From Betaproteobacteria bacterium (lineage in GTDB: Bacteria; Bacillota; SHA-98; UBA4971), in assembly GCA_050260395.1 (NCBI GenBank), contig JBLNCC010000124.1, positions 5,997 to 69,996 of the forward strand: a stretch of 64,000 bases of DNA, given 5' to 3'. The translations under genes were made by a program, and so were the position numbers. Positions 28,857 through 38,934 of the stretch are shown piece after piece. How positions within the stretch are numbered: the first letter of the stretch is position 1; each line of letters opens with the position of its first letter. A model generated the notes under the pieces. That model did no database searches. It had not been told where the DNA came from and saw only the letters and a program-made list of their open reading frames with translations.

Positions 28857-30185
28857 TTAGAACCTCTCCCACACCCTTCTCGCGAGTTCGCGCGAGCGGG
28901 CCGAGATCCTCTCCTCGTCGAGCCCCGTAAGCTTGCGGCCGCGCATGAGCACACACCCAGCCACCACCGTCGTGTCTACCAGGCCGCCGCTCATGCCGAA
29001 CAGGACGTGGCTACAGTAGTTGGAGGGGTCGAGCGGCGTCGGGGGACGGTAGTCCACGACTATCACGTCACCGGCAGCGCCCGGTTCGAGCATGCCCAGC
29101 TTGAGCCCGAAAACCCTGCGGGCGATCTCCCTGTTGTTCTGGAATGCCATTGCGGGCACCTCGCCCCACGCCGCGCTCGGGTTCTTCTCGGCAAGTTTAT
29201 GGAGGATGTTAGCGACCTTCACCGACTCGAACATATCGGCGGTGTAGCCGTCGGTCCCGAGGCCGACCCTCACTCCCCTATCCATCATCCGCAGGACGGG
29301 CGCGACGCCCACAGCGTTACCCATGTTCGACTCGGGATTGTGCACCACGTTCACGTCGCGCTCGCGCAAGATCTCCATCTCGGCCTCGCTGACGTGAACG
29401 CAGTGAGCCGCGATGGTCTTCGGACCGAGGATGCCGAAGGCGTCGAGACGCTCCACGACCCGCTTGCCCGACTTTGCCAGCGCGTCCTCCACGTCCTCGA
29501 GCCCCTCGGCCACATGAACGTGGAACCCAACGTCGAGCCCCTCAGCGGCGTCTCGGCATTTCGCCAGCGTCGCGTCGGACAGAGTGAGCTGTGCGTGGAG
29601 CCCGAACGACGCGGCGAGATGTTCGCCTCGCTCGCGCCTGCACCTCTCGATGAACCTCACGTTCTCACGGATGCCTTGGTCGGCGATATCCGCGCCGTCC
29701 CTGTCGGAGACCTCGTACGCCAGGCATGCCCTGATCCCGGCCTCGTCCACCGCGCACGCTATCTGGTCGAGGCTGCCCCGAACCGCCATCGGGCTGGCGT
29801 GATGATCGAGGATGGTGGTCGTCCCGCAACGGATGCAGTCGATGAGCGGAACCAGGGCGCTCACGTACACGTCCTCCGGCCCCAAAGCCTTGTCCAGCCT
29901 CCACCACAGACGCTCCAAGATCTGGATGAATGTGCGGGGCGGCGCGTCTTTGAGCGCCATTCCCCGCGCAAACGTGCTGTACAGGTGCATGTGGGCGTTT
30001 ATCATGCCGGGCATGATCACGCGGCCTCCGGCATCGATGAACTCGGCGTCTGGATAGCGTCGCCTCATTTCGCCCGTGGCGCCGACATCGCGGATGATGC
30101 CGCCTTCGATAGCGACCGCGCCGTCGCCCAGCACCCGTCCCTGGGCGTCGAGGGTGATGAGACGGCCTCCCCCGATGATAAGCAT
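28857..30185 (-). CDS. ssnA: SsnA-type amidohydrolase (putative aminohydrolase of the selenium-dependent molybdenum hydroxylase locus)
   Basis: MINAHMHLYSTFARG. 442 aa, the same length as E. coli SsnA. Confidence 0.65.
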   Translation of the reverse strand: MLIIGGGRLITLDAQGRVLGDGAVAIEGGIIRDVGATGEMRRRYPDAEFIDAGGRVIMPGMINAHMHLYSTFARGMALKDAPPRTFIQILERLWWRLDKALGPEDVYVSALVPLIDCIRCGTTTILDHHASPMAVRGSLDQIACAVDEAGIRACLAYEVSDRDGADIADQGIRENVRFIERCRRERGEHLAASFGLHAQLTLSDATLAKCRDAAEGLDVGFHVHVAEGLEDVEDALAKSGKRVVERLDAFGILGPKTIAAHCVHVSEAEMEILRERDVNVVHNPESNMGNAVGVAPVLRMMDRGVRVGLGTDGYTADMFESVKVANILHKLAEKNPSAAWGEVPAMAFQNNREIARRVFGLKLGMLEPGAAGDVIVVDYRPPTPLDPSNYCSHVLFGMSGGLVDTTVVAGCVLMRGRKLTGLDEERISARSRELARRVWERF

Positions 30186-30210
30186 CGTTCCGTGCCCCCT
30201 TCCGATGCGT

Positions 30211-30771
30211 TCAGTCTGCCGAATCCCCTGAGTGAACCTCTCCGTCCTGGTCCCGCGCCTTCATCCTGGCGGCCGCGTCCTCTATTGCGGAGATGATCTG
30301 GTGATACCCCGTGCATCTGCAGAGGTTGCCCGAAATGGCGCGGGCGATCTCCTCCCTCGTGGGCTCGGGATTCTCGCGAAGGAGCGCGGCTGCCGCCATA
30401 AGCATCCCCGGCGTGCAGAACCCGCACTGCACCGCGGCGTGCTCGACGAAGGCTTCCTGGAGCGGGTGAAGCCTGCCGTCCCTCGCGAGCCCCTCCACGG
30501 TCTCGACTTCGCGCCCTTCCACCTGAAGAGCCGGAACGAGGCAGGAGTTCGCGGGCTTTCCATCGAGAAGCACCGTGCAAGCACCGCACTCACCGATCCC
30601 GCACCCTTCCTTGGTACCGGTAAGCCGCAGGCGCTCGCGGAGCACGTCTATGAGCCTGTCCTCCGGCGAAACCTCGACCTCGACCGCCCGGCCATTAACC
30701 CTGAACGATACGGTCGCGTTCGTCCCCGGTTCCACTTTCCTCACTCCACGTTCACCCCCAAAGCCTGCCAT
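30211..30771 (-). CDS. xanthine dehydrogenase-family [2Fe-2S] small subunit (CoxS/XdhC-type)
   Basis: GCGIGECGACTV plant-type cluster plus a second CxxC...C cluster. Confidence 0.8.
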   Translation of the reverse strand: MAGFGGERGVRKVEPGTNATVSFRVNGRAVEVEVSPEDRLIDVLRERLRLTGTKEGCGIGECGACTVLLDGKPANSCLVPALQVEGREVETVEGLARDGRLHPLQEAFVEHAAVQCGFCTPGMLMAAAALLRENPEPTREEIARAISGNLCRCTGYHQIISAIEDAAARMKARDQDGEVHSGDSAD

Positions 30772-31628
30772 ATGGCGCGCCTAGCAACAGCCTCAAGGGC
30801 GGGCTTCTTGTAGTCGGTGGACCAACGCACCCCCGTCCTCCTCACCATTTCCTGCGCGACTTCCCGCGCTGCGGCGGCGACGACGGCGTGGTCGGGGATG
30901 CTGCCCACCAAAATCTCCTCAGCCGACGAAACCCGCGCAGGCATCGGCAGGCATGCCCCGGGAACGATCGCGGCCCGCACCACGCGTCCGGCCTCATCGC
31001 GTTCGATGACCGCAGCGCAGCTCAAGCGCGCGATCGCTAGGGCCTCCCGGCGCCCTAGCTTCACGAAGGCACACCCGCACGCCGGGGGGAGCGCGTCGAA
31101 ATACACGTTCACGAGAACCTCCCCCGGCACAGCGCGGTTCTTGTAGGGCCCATCAAATACGTCTGTGATGAGGACGTCGCGAGTGCTTCCGACGTCCGAA
31201 AGCCGAACCCTCGCGGAAAGCGCCACGAGCGCAGGGATGGTGTCGGCCGCCGGCGAGGCGTTCATTATGTTCCCGCCGATCGTCCCGCGCGCGCGGACCT
31301 GCGGCGAACCCACGCTCGCGCATGCTTCCGCGAGAAGCCGCGCCCCCTTCCTGACGATAGGGTTTCGGGCTATCTCCTCGTGCACCGTGAGCGCTCCGAT
31401 CGTGATGGTGCCGGCGCCGGTGCATACGCCCGAAAGCCCCCGAATGCGCGAGACATCCACGAGCCACCGCAGGTCACTTCGGCTCCCGTGCCGGGCCTGC
31501 CGCCTGAGCTGGACCAGGACGTCCGTGCCACCCGCGACGGCCACGGCCTGCCCAGCATGTTCCCGCAGGAATCCGCTGGCCTCCTCCAAGGTCTCCGGCA
31601 CCACGTAACCGAGTTTCAGGAGGCTCAT
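30741..31628 (-). CDS. xanthine dehydrogenase-family FAD-binding subunit (CoxM/XdhB-type)
   Basis: FAD_binding_5 fold: AGGTDVLVQL, GTIGGNI. Confidence 0.75.
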   Translation of the reverse strand: MSLLKLGYVVPETLEEASGFLREHAGQAVAVAGGTDVLVQLRRQARHGSRSDLRWLVDVSRIRGLSGVCTGAGTITIGALTVHEEIARNPIVRKGARLLAEACASVGSPQVRARGTIGGNIMNASPAADTIPALVALSARVRLSDVGSTRDVLITDVFDGPYKNRAVPGEVLVNVYFDALPPACGCAFVKLGRREALAIARLSCAAVIERDEAGRVVRAAIVPGACLPMPARVSSAEEILVGSIPDHAVVAAAAREVAQEMVRRTGVRWSTDYKKPALEAVARRAIWQALGVNVE

Positions 31629-33994
31629 GACATCTCACTTCCCCTCTTGCCGCGCGCGGCCTTGAGCGATCGCCCCAGCAGCACTCTCTCGAGGTCCAAC
31701 GGAAGCTCCCGCACTCTCCTGCCCGTCGCATGCGCCACCGCGTTCGCAATGGCCGGCGCGAGAAGCTCGCAGGTAGGCTCCCCGATGGTCTTCGCGCCGT
31801 ACGGGCCATACGAATCCGGGTTTTCCACCACGATCGGGATGACCTCTGGCACATCCACGGACGTGGCGATGAGGTACTCGTCGAAGTTCTGGGTCCTCGT
31901 GACGCCCCTCGACATTTCGACCTCCTCCAGGAGGCCGTATCCCATTCCCATGGCCACGCCGCCGTATATCTGTCCCTCCACGGTCGCGGGGTTGATGGCT
32001 CTGCCAACGTCGTGCGCGGCGGCCACCTTCAGCACTTTGACCCTGCCCGTCTCGGTGTCCACCTCGACCTCAGCTGCCTGGCAACCATACACGTACGTGA
32101 AGTAGGCCCTCCCTTGGCCGTGCTCCTCGTCCCACGAGACCTTCGGGCCCTTATACCAGCCGAAGGCCGCCATGAGCTCCCCGCGGTTGTATGCGGCCTG
32201 CGCAACCTCGCCAAAGCTCAAGCCCCGCGCGGGGTCGTCGGCGACGAATATCCTGCCTCCCGAAGACCTAAGCGCGTCGGAGGACGTTCCGAGCATCTCT
32301 CCCGCCACGCCCAGGAGCGTTTCGCGGACCTTCCGGGCGGCGTCGCGCACCGCAGACCCGCCCATGACGGTGCTGCGCGACGCCACCGTCGGGCCGCCGT
32401 CCGGGATGAGCGACGTATCGGTGTCCATGAACACCACGTCCTCCAGGTCGCACCCGAGCTCCTCCGCGGCGATCTGGCTGAAGATCGTCCGGAGCCCCTG
32501 GCCGTTCTCGGCTAAGCCTGCATACACGTATACGCTGCCGTCCTGCTGCACCGAGACGATGGCCCCCGTCGCATCAACGCCCTCCCCACCCAAGCTGACG
32601 CCGCGGTAGCTCACGGCAAGCCCGACCCCGCGGACCTTCTTCGCCCCTTCCCGCCGCGCCGCCTCAGCATATGCCCGCCTTTTCTCGCGGTACCCGATGG
32701 CCTCCGCGGCCTTTTGCATCACCTCCACAAGGCTCACCGCGTGGTCGTCGAGCGTCTGGCCGGTGGCCGTGACCGACCCTTGCCGGAAGCCGTTCTTCAG
32801 GCGCAGGTCCAGCGGATCCATGTTGAGCTCGGCGGCAAGCTCGTCCATCAAGGACTCGTGAGCGAAGATGATCTGCGGGCTTCCGAACCCCCTCATGGCG
32901 CCCGTGTACGTATTGTTCGTGTATACGCCGTACACATCTGTCTTGACGTTAGGGACCTCGTAAGGCCCAGTCGCCTGCACCACCGAGCGCCACGTCACGA
33001 ACGGCGTCATCGAGGCGTAGGCCCCTCCGTCTGCCAGGATGCGTATCTCCATGGCAAGGAGCTTGCCGTCCCTCGTAGCCCCGACCTTGTACCTGAGCAC
33101 GTATGGGTGTCGCTTGTATCCCTCGACGATGGACTCCTCGCGGGTGTTCACCATCTTCACGGGCCGTCCCGTCTTGAGGGCCGCCAGCGCTGCCCGCGCG
33201 CACATGCACGACATAACGTCGTCCTTGCCTCCGAACGACCCTCCCATCGCGCACTGAACGATCCGAACCCTGTTCAGGCTCACCCCGAGGACGTGCGCCA
33301 CGACGCGCCTCGCGGTGAAAGGGTTCTGGATCGACCCATATACCGTGACGGATCCTTCGCCCGGGTTCGGGACCGCCACCGCGGCCTCGGGCTCAATGTA
33401 CGCGTGCTCGATGAACTGGGTGCGGTACTCGCGCTCGATGACGACGTCTGACGCGGCGAACCCGGCGTCCACGTCCCCTTTGCGGACTACGTGGTGGTTT
33501 ACGATGTTGCCAGGCGCGTCGTCGTGTAGGATCGGTGCGCCCTCCGCCATGGCTTCTTCCGGCGAAAACACGGCGGGAAGCTCCTGGTACTCGACGCGCA
33601 CGAGCTCGCAAGCCCGCTCGGCCGCCTCCACGGTGGCCGCCACGGCCATTGCCACGCCATCGCCCAAATAACGCGTCTTGTCGAAGGCGAACACGGGCAT
33701 ATCCCGCCGCACCGGTCCGAAGGTCTTGGCACCAGGGATGTCCTCGTGAGTGATGACAGCAGCGACTCCCGGGACTCTCGATGCCTCGCTTGTGTCGATT
33801 CGGACGATCCTCGCGTGGGGGAACCTCGCCCGCAGCACACGTGCGTAAAGCATGCCGTCGAAGTACAGATCCGCCGCGAATTTCGCCCTGCCGGTCACCT
33901 TCTCCACCGCGTCCACACGCCTCGCCCGGTGGCGCACTATGCTGAATTCATCCTGCAGGCCGTCCCTGGCGGCCGGGTCTCCAGCATTCCCCAC
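31625..33994 (-). CDS. xanthine dehydrogenase-family molybdopterin-binding large subunit
   Basis: 789 aa. VDAVEKVTGRAKF N-terminus, GGGFGGK, Mo-pterin binding domains. Confidence 0.8.
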   Translation of the reverse strand: MGNAGDPAARDGLQDEFSIVRHRARRVDAVEKVTGRAKFAADLYFDGMLYARVLRARFPHARIVRIDTSEASRVPGVAAVITHEDIPGAKTFGPVRRDMPVFAFDKTRYLGDGVAMAVAATVEAAERACELVRVEYQELPAVFSPEEAMAEGAPILHDDAPGNIVNHHVVRKGDVDAGFAASDVVIEREYRTQFIEHAYIEPEAAVAVPNPGEGSVTVYGSIQNPFTARRVVAHVLGVSLNRVRIVQCAMGGSFGGKDDVMSCMCARAALAALKTGRPVKMVNTREESIVEGYKRHPYVLRYKVGATRDGKLLAMEIRILADGGAYASMTPFVTWRSVVQATGPYEVPNVKTDVYGVYTNNTYTGAMRGFGSPQIIFAHESLMDELAAELNMDPLDLRLKNGFRQGSVTATGQTLDDHAVSLVEVMQKAAEAIGYREKRRAYAEAARREGAKKVRGVGLAVSYRGVSLGGEGVDATGAIVSVQQDGSVYVYAGLAENGQGLRTIFSQIAAEELGCDLEDVVFMDTDTSLIPDGGPTVASRSTVMGGSAVRDAARKVRETLLGVAGEMLGTSSDALRSSGGRIFVADDPARGLSFGEVAQAAYNRGELMAAFGWYKGPKVSWDEEHGQGRAYFTYVYGCQAAEVEVDTETGRVKVLKVAAAHDVGRAINPATVEGQIYGGVAMGMGYGLLEEVEMSRGVTRTQNFDEYLIATSVDVPEVIPIVVENPDSYGPYGAKTIGEPTCELLAPAIANAVAHATGRRVRELPLDLERVLLGRSLKAARGKRGSEMS

Positions 33995-34070
33995 GTGCCT
34001 CGAGCCCCCTTTCCATTTCCAGCGCCATGTGCCGACCTCCCGCCATGCGCCGGCGCCGCGTTGTGCGCCG

Positions 34071-36431
34071 TCACGCGTCTCGGGCCCCTGCGGCCTTCCC
34101 GTCCCGTTTCTTGAGAGCCATATACACCCTCTCCGCGGTGGCCGGTATTTGTGTTACCCATATACCGGTAGCATCGTGGACGGCGTTTGTGATGGCAGGG
34201 GTGATGGGCACACACACCGCCTCCCCGATTCCCTTGGCCCCGAAGGGCCCAGATGGCTCAAGTTCCTCGACGATTATGGTCTCTATGTCCGGCGCGTCCA
34301 GGGAGGTCGGGATTATGTACGTCGAGAAATCAGGCGTCTTCGTGATCCCCCGTTCGATGACGGTATCCTCCATCAAAGCGTATCCCATCCCCATCACCAC
34401 GCCGCCCTCGGACTGCGCCTCGATGCCTGCGGGGTTTATGGCCTTGCCTGGATCTGGGATAGACACGGCCCGGAGCACCTCGACCTCGCCGGTGAGGGTA
34501 TTCACCTCTACAAGCGCAACCTGAGTGATGTAAGAGTAAATGAGATGCGGCAGGCCGAAATGCCCCTCGACACCCTTGTCGGCGACCGGCCAGATGAAGT
34601 CTCCTTCGGTTTTGGGCCTCCTGCCCTTGTCCTCCGCGAGTTGCGCGATGTCTCGGAACGAAAGGAAGCCAGCAGCAGACACGCCTTCCTGCGGTCGGCG
34701 CGGTTTGGCCCGCACGCCTCCGCGCTCGAAAGCGATGTCGTCGCGCGGCACGCCCAGCTCCTCCGCGGCCACGTCCGCGATGGCCTCACGCATCCTGGCG
34801 GCCGCGCACCGGATGGCGTTCCCGCCGGTGTACACCGAGCGAGACGCAGTGGACGTGCCGGAGTCCATGGTGCGCCCTGAATCCCCCGACACCACCACGA
34901 TGTCTCGGACGGAACACCCGAGGCTATCCGCGGCCATTTGGGCGAAGGCCGTGGTGTTGCCCTGGCCGATCTCGGGGCAGCTCACCCCCACAGCAAACCG
35001 TCCATCCGGCAGAAGCTCGATGGTGGCCGCACCGTAGTCAGGAAGCCCCAAGCCCAGCCCGCACCCGTGAAGCTCGGTCGCAAGCCCCACACCTCGCTTC
35101 TTGTAAGGGGCCGAAGGCTTTGCTTTCAATTCTTCGCGCCGCGCCCAGAGCTCGCACCTGGACGCAGCCTCGAGTGTGGCCGCCGCACCAACCGATGCCG
35201 TCATCGTATGCCCGAGAGCCGCCACATCTCCGCGGCGCAAAGCGTTCTTGAGTCGGAACTCGAGCCTGTCGAAGCCGAGGCGTTCGGCGATCATGTCTAC
35301 CTGCGTCTCCAGCGCGAACGTCACTTGGTTCGCGCCGAACCCTCGAAACGCTCCAGCGAGGCCGTTATTGGTATACACGCAGAATCCCTCCAGCCTCACG
35401 TTGGGCATGCGGTAGGGTCCGCATGAGTGCTCGATGGCAAGGTTTACGACGGGGCCACCAAGCGAGGCGTACGCGCCCGTGTCGGCGACCACGCGCACCT
35501 CGTTCGCAAGGAGCGTGCCATCCGCGGCGGCCGCGGTCTTCATGCGGATCTTCATGGGATGCCGTTTCATCCCAGCAATGACCGACTCTTCCCGCGAAAG
35601 CACGATCTTCACGGGACGCCCCGTCCGGAGCGCAAGGAGCGCGAGGTATATCTGGACCGTTATTTCGTCCTTGCCCCCGAACGCCCCGCCGGCAGGCGTC
35701 GATACGACGCGGATCTTCCTGGGGTTCATGCCGAGGGCGCGCGCTATCTGGAGCTGGTCCCTAAAGGGATGCTGGCTTCCGCACCAGACAGTGATGTTGC
35801 CCTCCTCGTCCAGAGCGGCGACGCCGCTCTCGGTCTCCATGAAGGCGTGCATTTGCCTGGGCGTGTAGTAGGTGTTCTCGACCACCACCGCGGCCTCGCG
35901 GAACGCCGCGTCCACGTCTCCCCTCTCCACCTTGATATGATGGTGGATGTTCCCGCTGGCGTGAACCTTCGGCGCGGACTCCAGCATGGCTTCCTCCGGA
36001 TCGTCCACGACGGGAAGGGGCTCGTACTCGACGTCGATGGCCCGCAGAGCCTCGCTCGCCTTTTCTTTCGAGACCGCGGCCACCAGCGCGACCGCGTCAC
36101 CCATGTAGCGCACCTTGTCAAAACAGAGAACGGGCTGGTCGGGAACAACTATGCCGAAGCCATTGAGGCCGGGCACGTCTTTGTGGGTCAGCACGGCCAC
36201 CACACCGTCCATGGCTTCGGCTTTCGAGGTATCTATCTTTTTGATAAGAGCGTGTGGGTACGCGCTCCGCAGGACAGCTCCCCAGAGCATGCCCGGAAAC
36301 GAGAGATCGGACATGAACTTGAGCTTCCCAGTCACCTTCTCCACCGCGTCGACCCGGGAAACCCGGGCCCCAACCCACCTCGGCTCGCTCAAACGCGCTC
36401 CCTCCTCCCCACCAACACGCATCTTTCGCAC
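34071..36431 (-). CDS. second xanthine dehydrogenase-family molybdopterin-binding large subunit
   Basis: 786 aa. VDAVEKVTGKLKF, GGAFGGK, GIGQG. A paralog of the 31625..33994 gene. Confidence 0.8.
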   Translation of the reverse strand: MRKMRVGGEEGARLSEPRWVGARVSRVDAVEKVTGKLKFMSDLSFPGMLWGAVLRSAYPHALIKKIDTSKAEAMDGVVAVLTHKDVPGLNGFGIVVPDQPVLCFDKVRYMGDAVALVAAVSKEKASEALRAIDVEYEPLPVVDDPEEAMLESAPKVHASGNIHHHIKVERGDVDAAFREAAVVVENTYYTPRQMHAFMETESGVAALDEEGNITVWCGSQHPFRDQLQIARALGMNPRKIRVVSTPAGGAFGGKDEITVQIYLALLALRTGRPVKIVLSREESVIAGMKRHPMKIRMKTAAAADGTLLANEVRVVADTGAYASLGGPVVNLAIEHSCGPYRMPNVRLEGFCVYTNNGLAGAFRGFGANQVTFALETQVDMIAERLGFDRLEFRLKNALRRGDVAALGHTMTASVGAAATLEAASRCELWARREELKAKPSAPYKKRGVGLATELHGCGLGLGLPDYGAATIELLPDGRFAVGVSCPEIGQGNTTAFAQMAADSLGCSVRDIVVVSGDSGRTMDSGTSTASRSVYTGGNAIRCAAARMREAIADVAAEELGVPRDDIAFERGGVRAKPRRPQEGVSAAGFLSFRDIAQLAEDKGRRPKTEGDFIWPVADKGVEGHFGLPHLIYSYITQVALVEVNTLTGEVEVLRAVSIPDPGKAINPAGIEAQSEGGVVMGMGYALMEDTVIERGITKTPDFSTYIIPTSLDAPDIETIIVEELEPSGPFGAKGIGEAVCVPITPAITNAVHDATGIWVTQIPATAERVYMALKKRDGKAAGARDA

Positions 36432-36477
36432 ACGTACTACGCCCCGCGGCGCTGACGCTCGGCCAAATCTTGCGCGC

Positions 36478-36705
36478 TCACCCGCCCCCCACCGGGGTTA
36501 GAATGTGCACGTTCGCGCCGTCCGTGAGCACGGTGTCCTCGTCCGCCCGCCGTCCGTTCACAAGGACGATGATGTACACCCTGTCCTCTATCTTGAGGCG
36601 GTCAAAGAGGTCGGAGAGCTTCGCACCCTCCTCGAATTCCATCTGGAACTTGTCCTCTTTCGCGTACTTGCGCATGGTCCCGAACAGGACAACGTTGACC
36701 TTCAT
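36478..36705 (-). CDS. MoaD/ThiS-like ubiquitin-fold sulfur-carrier protein (C-terminal GG)
   Basis: 75 aa ending ...ILTPVGGG. Confidence 0.6.
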   Translation of the reverse strand: MKVNVVLFGTMRKYAKEDKFQMEFEEGAKLSDLFDRLKIEDRVYIIVLVNGRRADEDTVLTDGANVHILTPVGGG

Positions 36706-37640
36706 GCCTGCCGAACCTCCCCGGCGTCGTCGCCCTCAGCGATGAGGCCTAATAGACCTTCATAGAGAAGGTTACACGCCATCTCCTGGCGGTAAGCCAG
36801 AGATCCCCTTATGTCGGTTATGGGCATCACGTCGCGGAACGCGAGGCGCGAGATATACCTCGCAGCAGCTGCATCAAGCTTCTTTCCGGCCAGCGCCTTC
36901 TCAACCGTGCGCGCCCTCACGACCGTGGGCGCGACCGATCCGAAAGCGACGCGCGAGTCGTCGAACGTCGTGGAATCCAAACGCCGCGCGACAAAGGCCA
37001 CGCTCACCACGGATATGGCGAGCGCCCCTCTCTGACCCAGCTTGCGGAAGAACGACACATACCCCTGCCCAAGCGCGCGGAACCTCACTCCGAGGACCAG
37101 CTCGTCCGGGGCCAGCACCGACTTCTTCGGCCCCGCGAAGAACGATTCCACCCCAATGGTCCGAACGCCCCCGGGACCCCTTACATCTACCGACGCCTCC
37201 AGCGTGAAGAGCGGCGGTATCACGTCTCCCGCCGGGGAGGCCGTGCACAGGTTACCGCCGATGGTCCCTCTTGCCCTTATTTGGGGCGAGCCCACGTGGG
37301 CGCACGCGTCAGCGAGCAACGGAGCGGCCGCCCTCACAATAGGGGACGACGCAACGTCGGCATGGGTGGTGAGTGCGCCGACCCACACCACGCCACCACG
37401 GACCGCTGCTCCGGCGGGCTTGTCCTCGCACGGCGCGGCTGCGCCATCCTCAACGCGCACCCCGCGGAGCTCCTCGAGGCGGCTGATATCCACCAGGACC
37501 GCCGGGGCACGCTTCTCCTCCTTCATCTCGACGACGATGTCGGTCCCCCCGGCTATGATCCGCGCCTCGGGCCCCCACCTGGCGAGGGCCTCGAGAGCTT
37601 CATCCACGCTTTCAGGGACCGCGACGCTAAATGGCTTCAC
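36702..37640 (-). CDS. xanthine dehydrogenase-family FAD-binding subunit (second copy)
   Basis: AGGTDIVVEM, GTIGGNL. 4-bp overlap with the moaD-like gene. Confidence 0.75.
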   Translation of the reverse strand: MKPFSVAVPESVDEALEALARWGPEARIIAGGTDIVVEMKEEKRAPAVLVDISRLEELRGVRVEDGAAAPCEDKPAGAAVRGGVVWVGALTTHADVASSPIVRAAAPLLADACAHVGSPQIRARGTIGGNLCTASPAGDVIPPLFTLEASVDVRGPGGVRTIGVESFFAGPKKSVLAPDELVLGVRFRALGQGYVSFFRKLGQRGALAISVVSVAFVARRLDSTTFDDSRVAFGSVAPTVVRARTVEKALAGKKLDAAAARYISRLAFRDVMPITDIRGSLAYRQEMACNLLYEGLLGLIAEGDDAGEVRQA

Positions 37641-38842
37641 ACCGCTCCCACCTTTGGCTTAAGCTGTATGCACTCGTAAACCGGGCATACCGTGGCGCAC
37701 ATGCCGCAGCCCTTGCACTTGTTCTCGTCTACCCTGGGCAGACGGTTGGAGTCGAGCTCGATGGCTTGGTGCCCGCCGTCCCTGCAAGCGATGTAGCAGA
37801 GGTCGTCCTTGATACACATTTCGTGATTGATCGTGGCAACCACTTTGTGCTTGCGCGAGAGCCGCGAGTGTTCAACGATGTATGGGAGGGATTTGCCAAC
37901 AAGCTCGCGAACGGAGCTCATGCCCTTTTCCTCCAGGTAAACATCGAGGCCGTCGACAAGGTCCTCGATGATCCTGAAGCCGTGCCTCATCACAGCCGTG
38001 CAGAGCTGGATGTTGGTGGCACCTACCAAGAGGAATTCCACAGCGTCTCTCCATGTGCTGATGCCGCCCACCGCAGCGATGGGGATGTCGACGGCCTTAG
38101 CGATCTCGGCCACGCACCGGAGGGCGACGGGCTTGATCGCAGGTCCGGAATAGCCACCAAAAGTTGAATAGCCGCCCACGTTTGGATAGGGAACGAACGT
38201 GTCGAGATCGATCCCGATGAGGCTCTTCAGCGTGTTGATGGCGCAGACCCCGTCAGCCCCCGACCTTTTCACGGCACGAGCTGCCGCGGTGATGTCTGCT
38301 ATCTGAGGGGTCAGCTTGATGACGACCGGGACGCGCTTCGCGGCCTCTTTCACCCACCGTGCAGTGCGCTCCGTGAACTCCGGGTCCTGGCCGATGGTGG
38401 AGCCCATACCCCTCTCTGGCATGCCGTGCGGGCATGAGAAGCTGCACTCAATCAGGTCCACGCCGGCCGCTTCCAGCCTTCGCACGAGTTCCTGCCAGTC
38501 TTCCTTTTTCGCGCCCATGATGCTCGCACCGACCACCCTGTCGGGGTATTCTTTCTTGAGAGCCCTCACGTCCTCCTCAACCTGATCGATGTGGCGCTCG
38601 GAGATGAGGTCGATGTTCTCGAGCCCCATGAGCTTCTTCTCCTCGTAATCGAGCCCCGCCATCATCGGGTACACGAGCTCGACAACCTCGGTTTCGACCG
38701 AGGTGGTCTTGAGGATCGCGCCGCCCCAACCGGCCTCGAACGCGCGCGCGACCAGCTCCGCGCTGTCCGTAGGCGGTGCGGCCGCAAGCGTGAACGGATT
38801 TGGAAATCTCACCCCACAAAACTCGATGGATAGGTCTGCCAA
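37637..38842 (-). CDS. dihydroorotate/dihydropyrimidine dehydrogenase family protein (PreA-like) with C-terminal 2x[4Fe-4S] ferredoxin domain
   Basis: DHOD/DPD TIM-barrel (GADGVCAINT) plus C-terminal CxxCxxCxxxCP x2. Confidence 0.75.
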   Translation of the reverse strand: MADLSIEFCGVRFPNPFTLAAAPPTDSAELVARAFEAGWGGAILKTTSVETEVVELVYPMMAGLDYEEKKLMGLENIDLISERHIDQVEEDVRALKKEYPDRVVGASIMGAKKEDWQELVRRLEAAGVDLIECSFSCPHGMPERGMGSTIGQDPEFTERTARWVKEAAKRVPVVIKLTPQIADITAAARAVKRSGADGVCAINTLKSLIGIDLDTFVPYPNVGGYSTFGGYSGPAIKPVALRCVAEIAKAVDIPIAAVGGISTWRDAVEFLLVGATNIQLCTAVMRHGFRIIEDLVDGLDVYLEEKGMSSVRELVGKSLPYIVEHSRLSRKHKVVATINHEMCIKDDLCYIACRDGGHQAIELDSNRLPRVDENKCKGCGMCATVCPVYECIQLKPKVGAV

Positions 38843-38934
38843 CTCCGGTCCCTCCCGTGTGCCAGAATGTGTGCGTCACCTCTCACAGCCGCTCTTCCTC
38901 TCCTGAGTGGAGCGCCACAGGTCCCCGCCGTTCC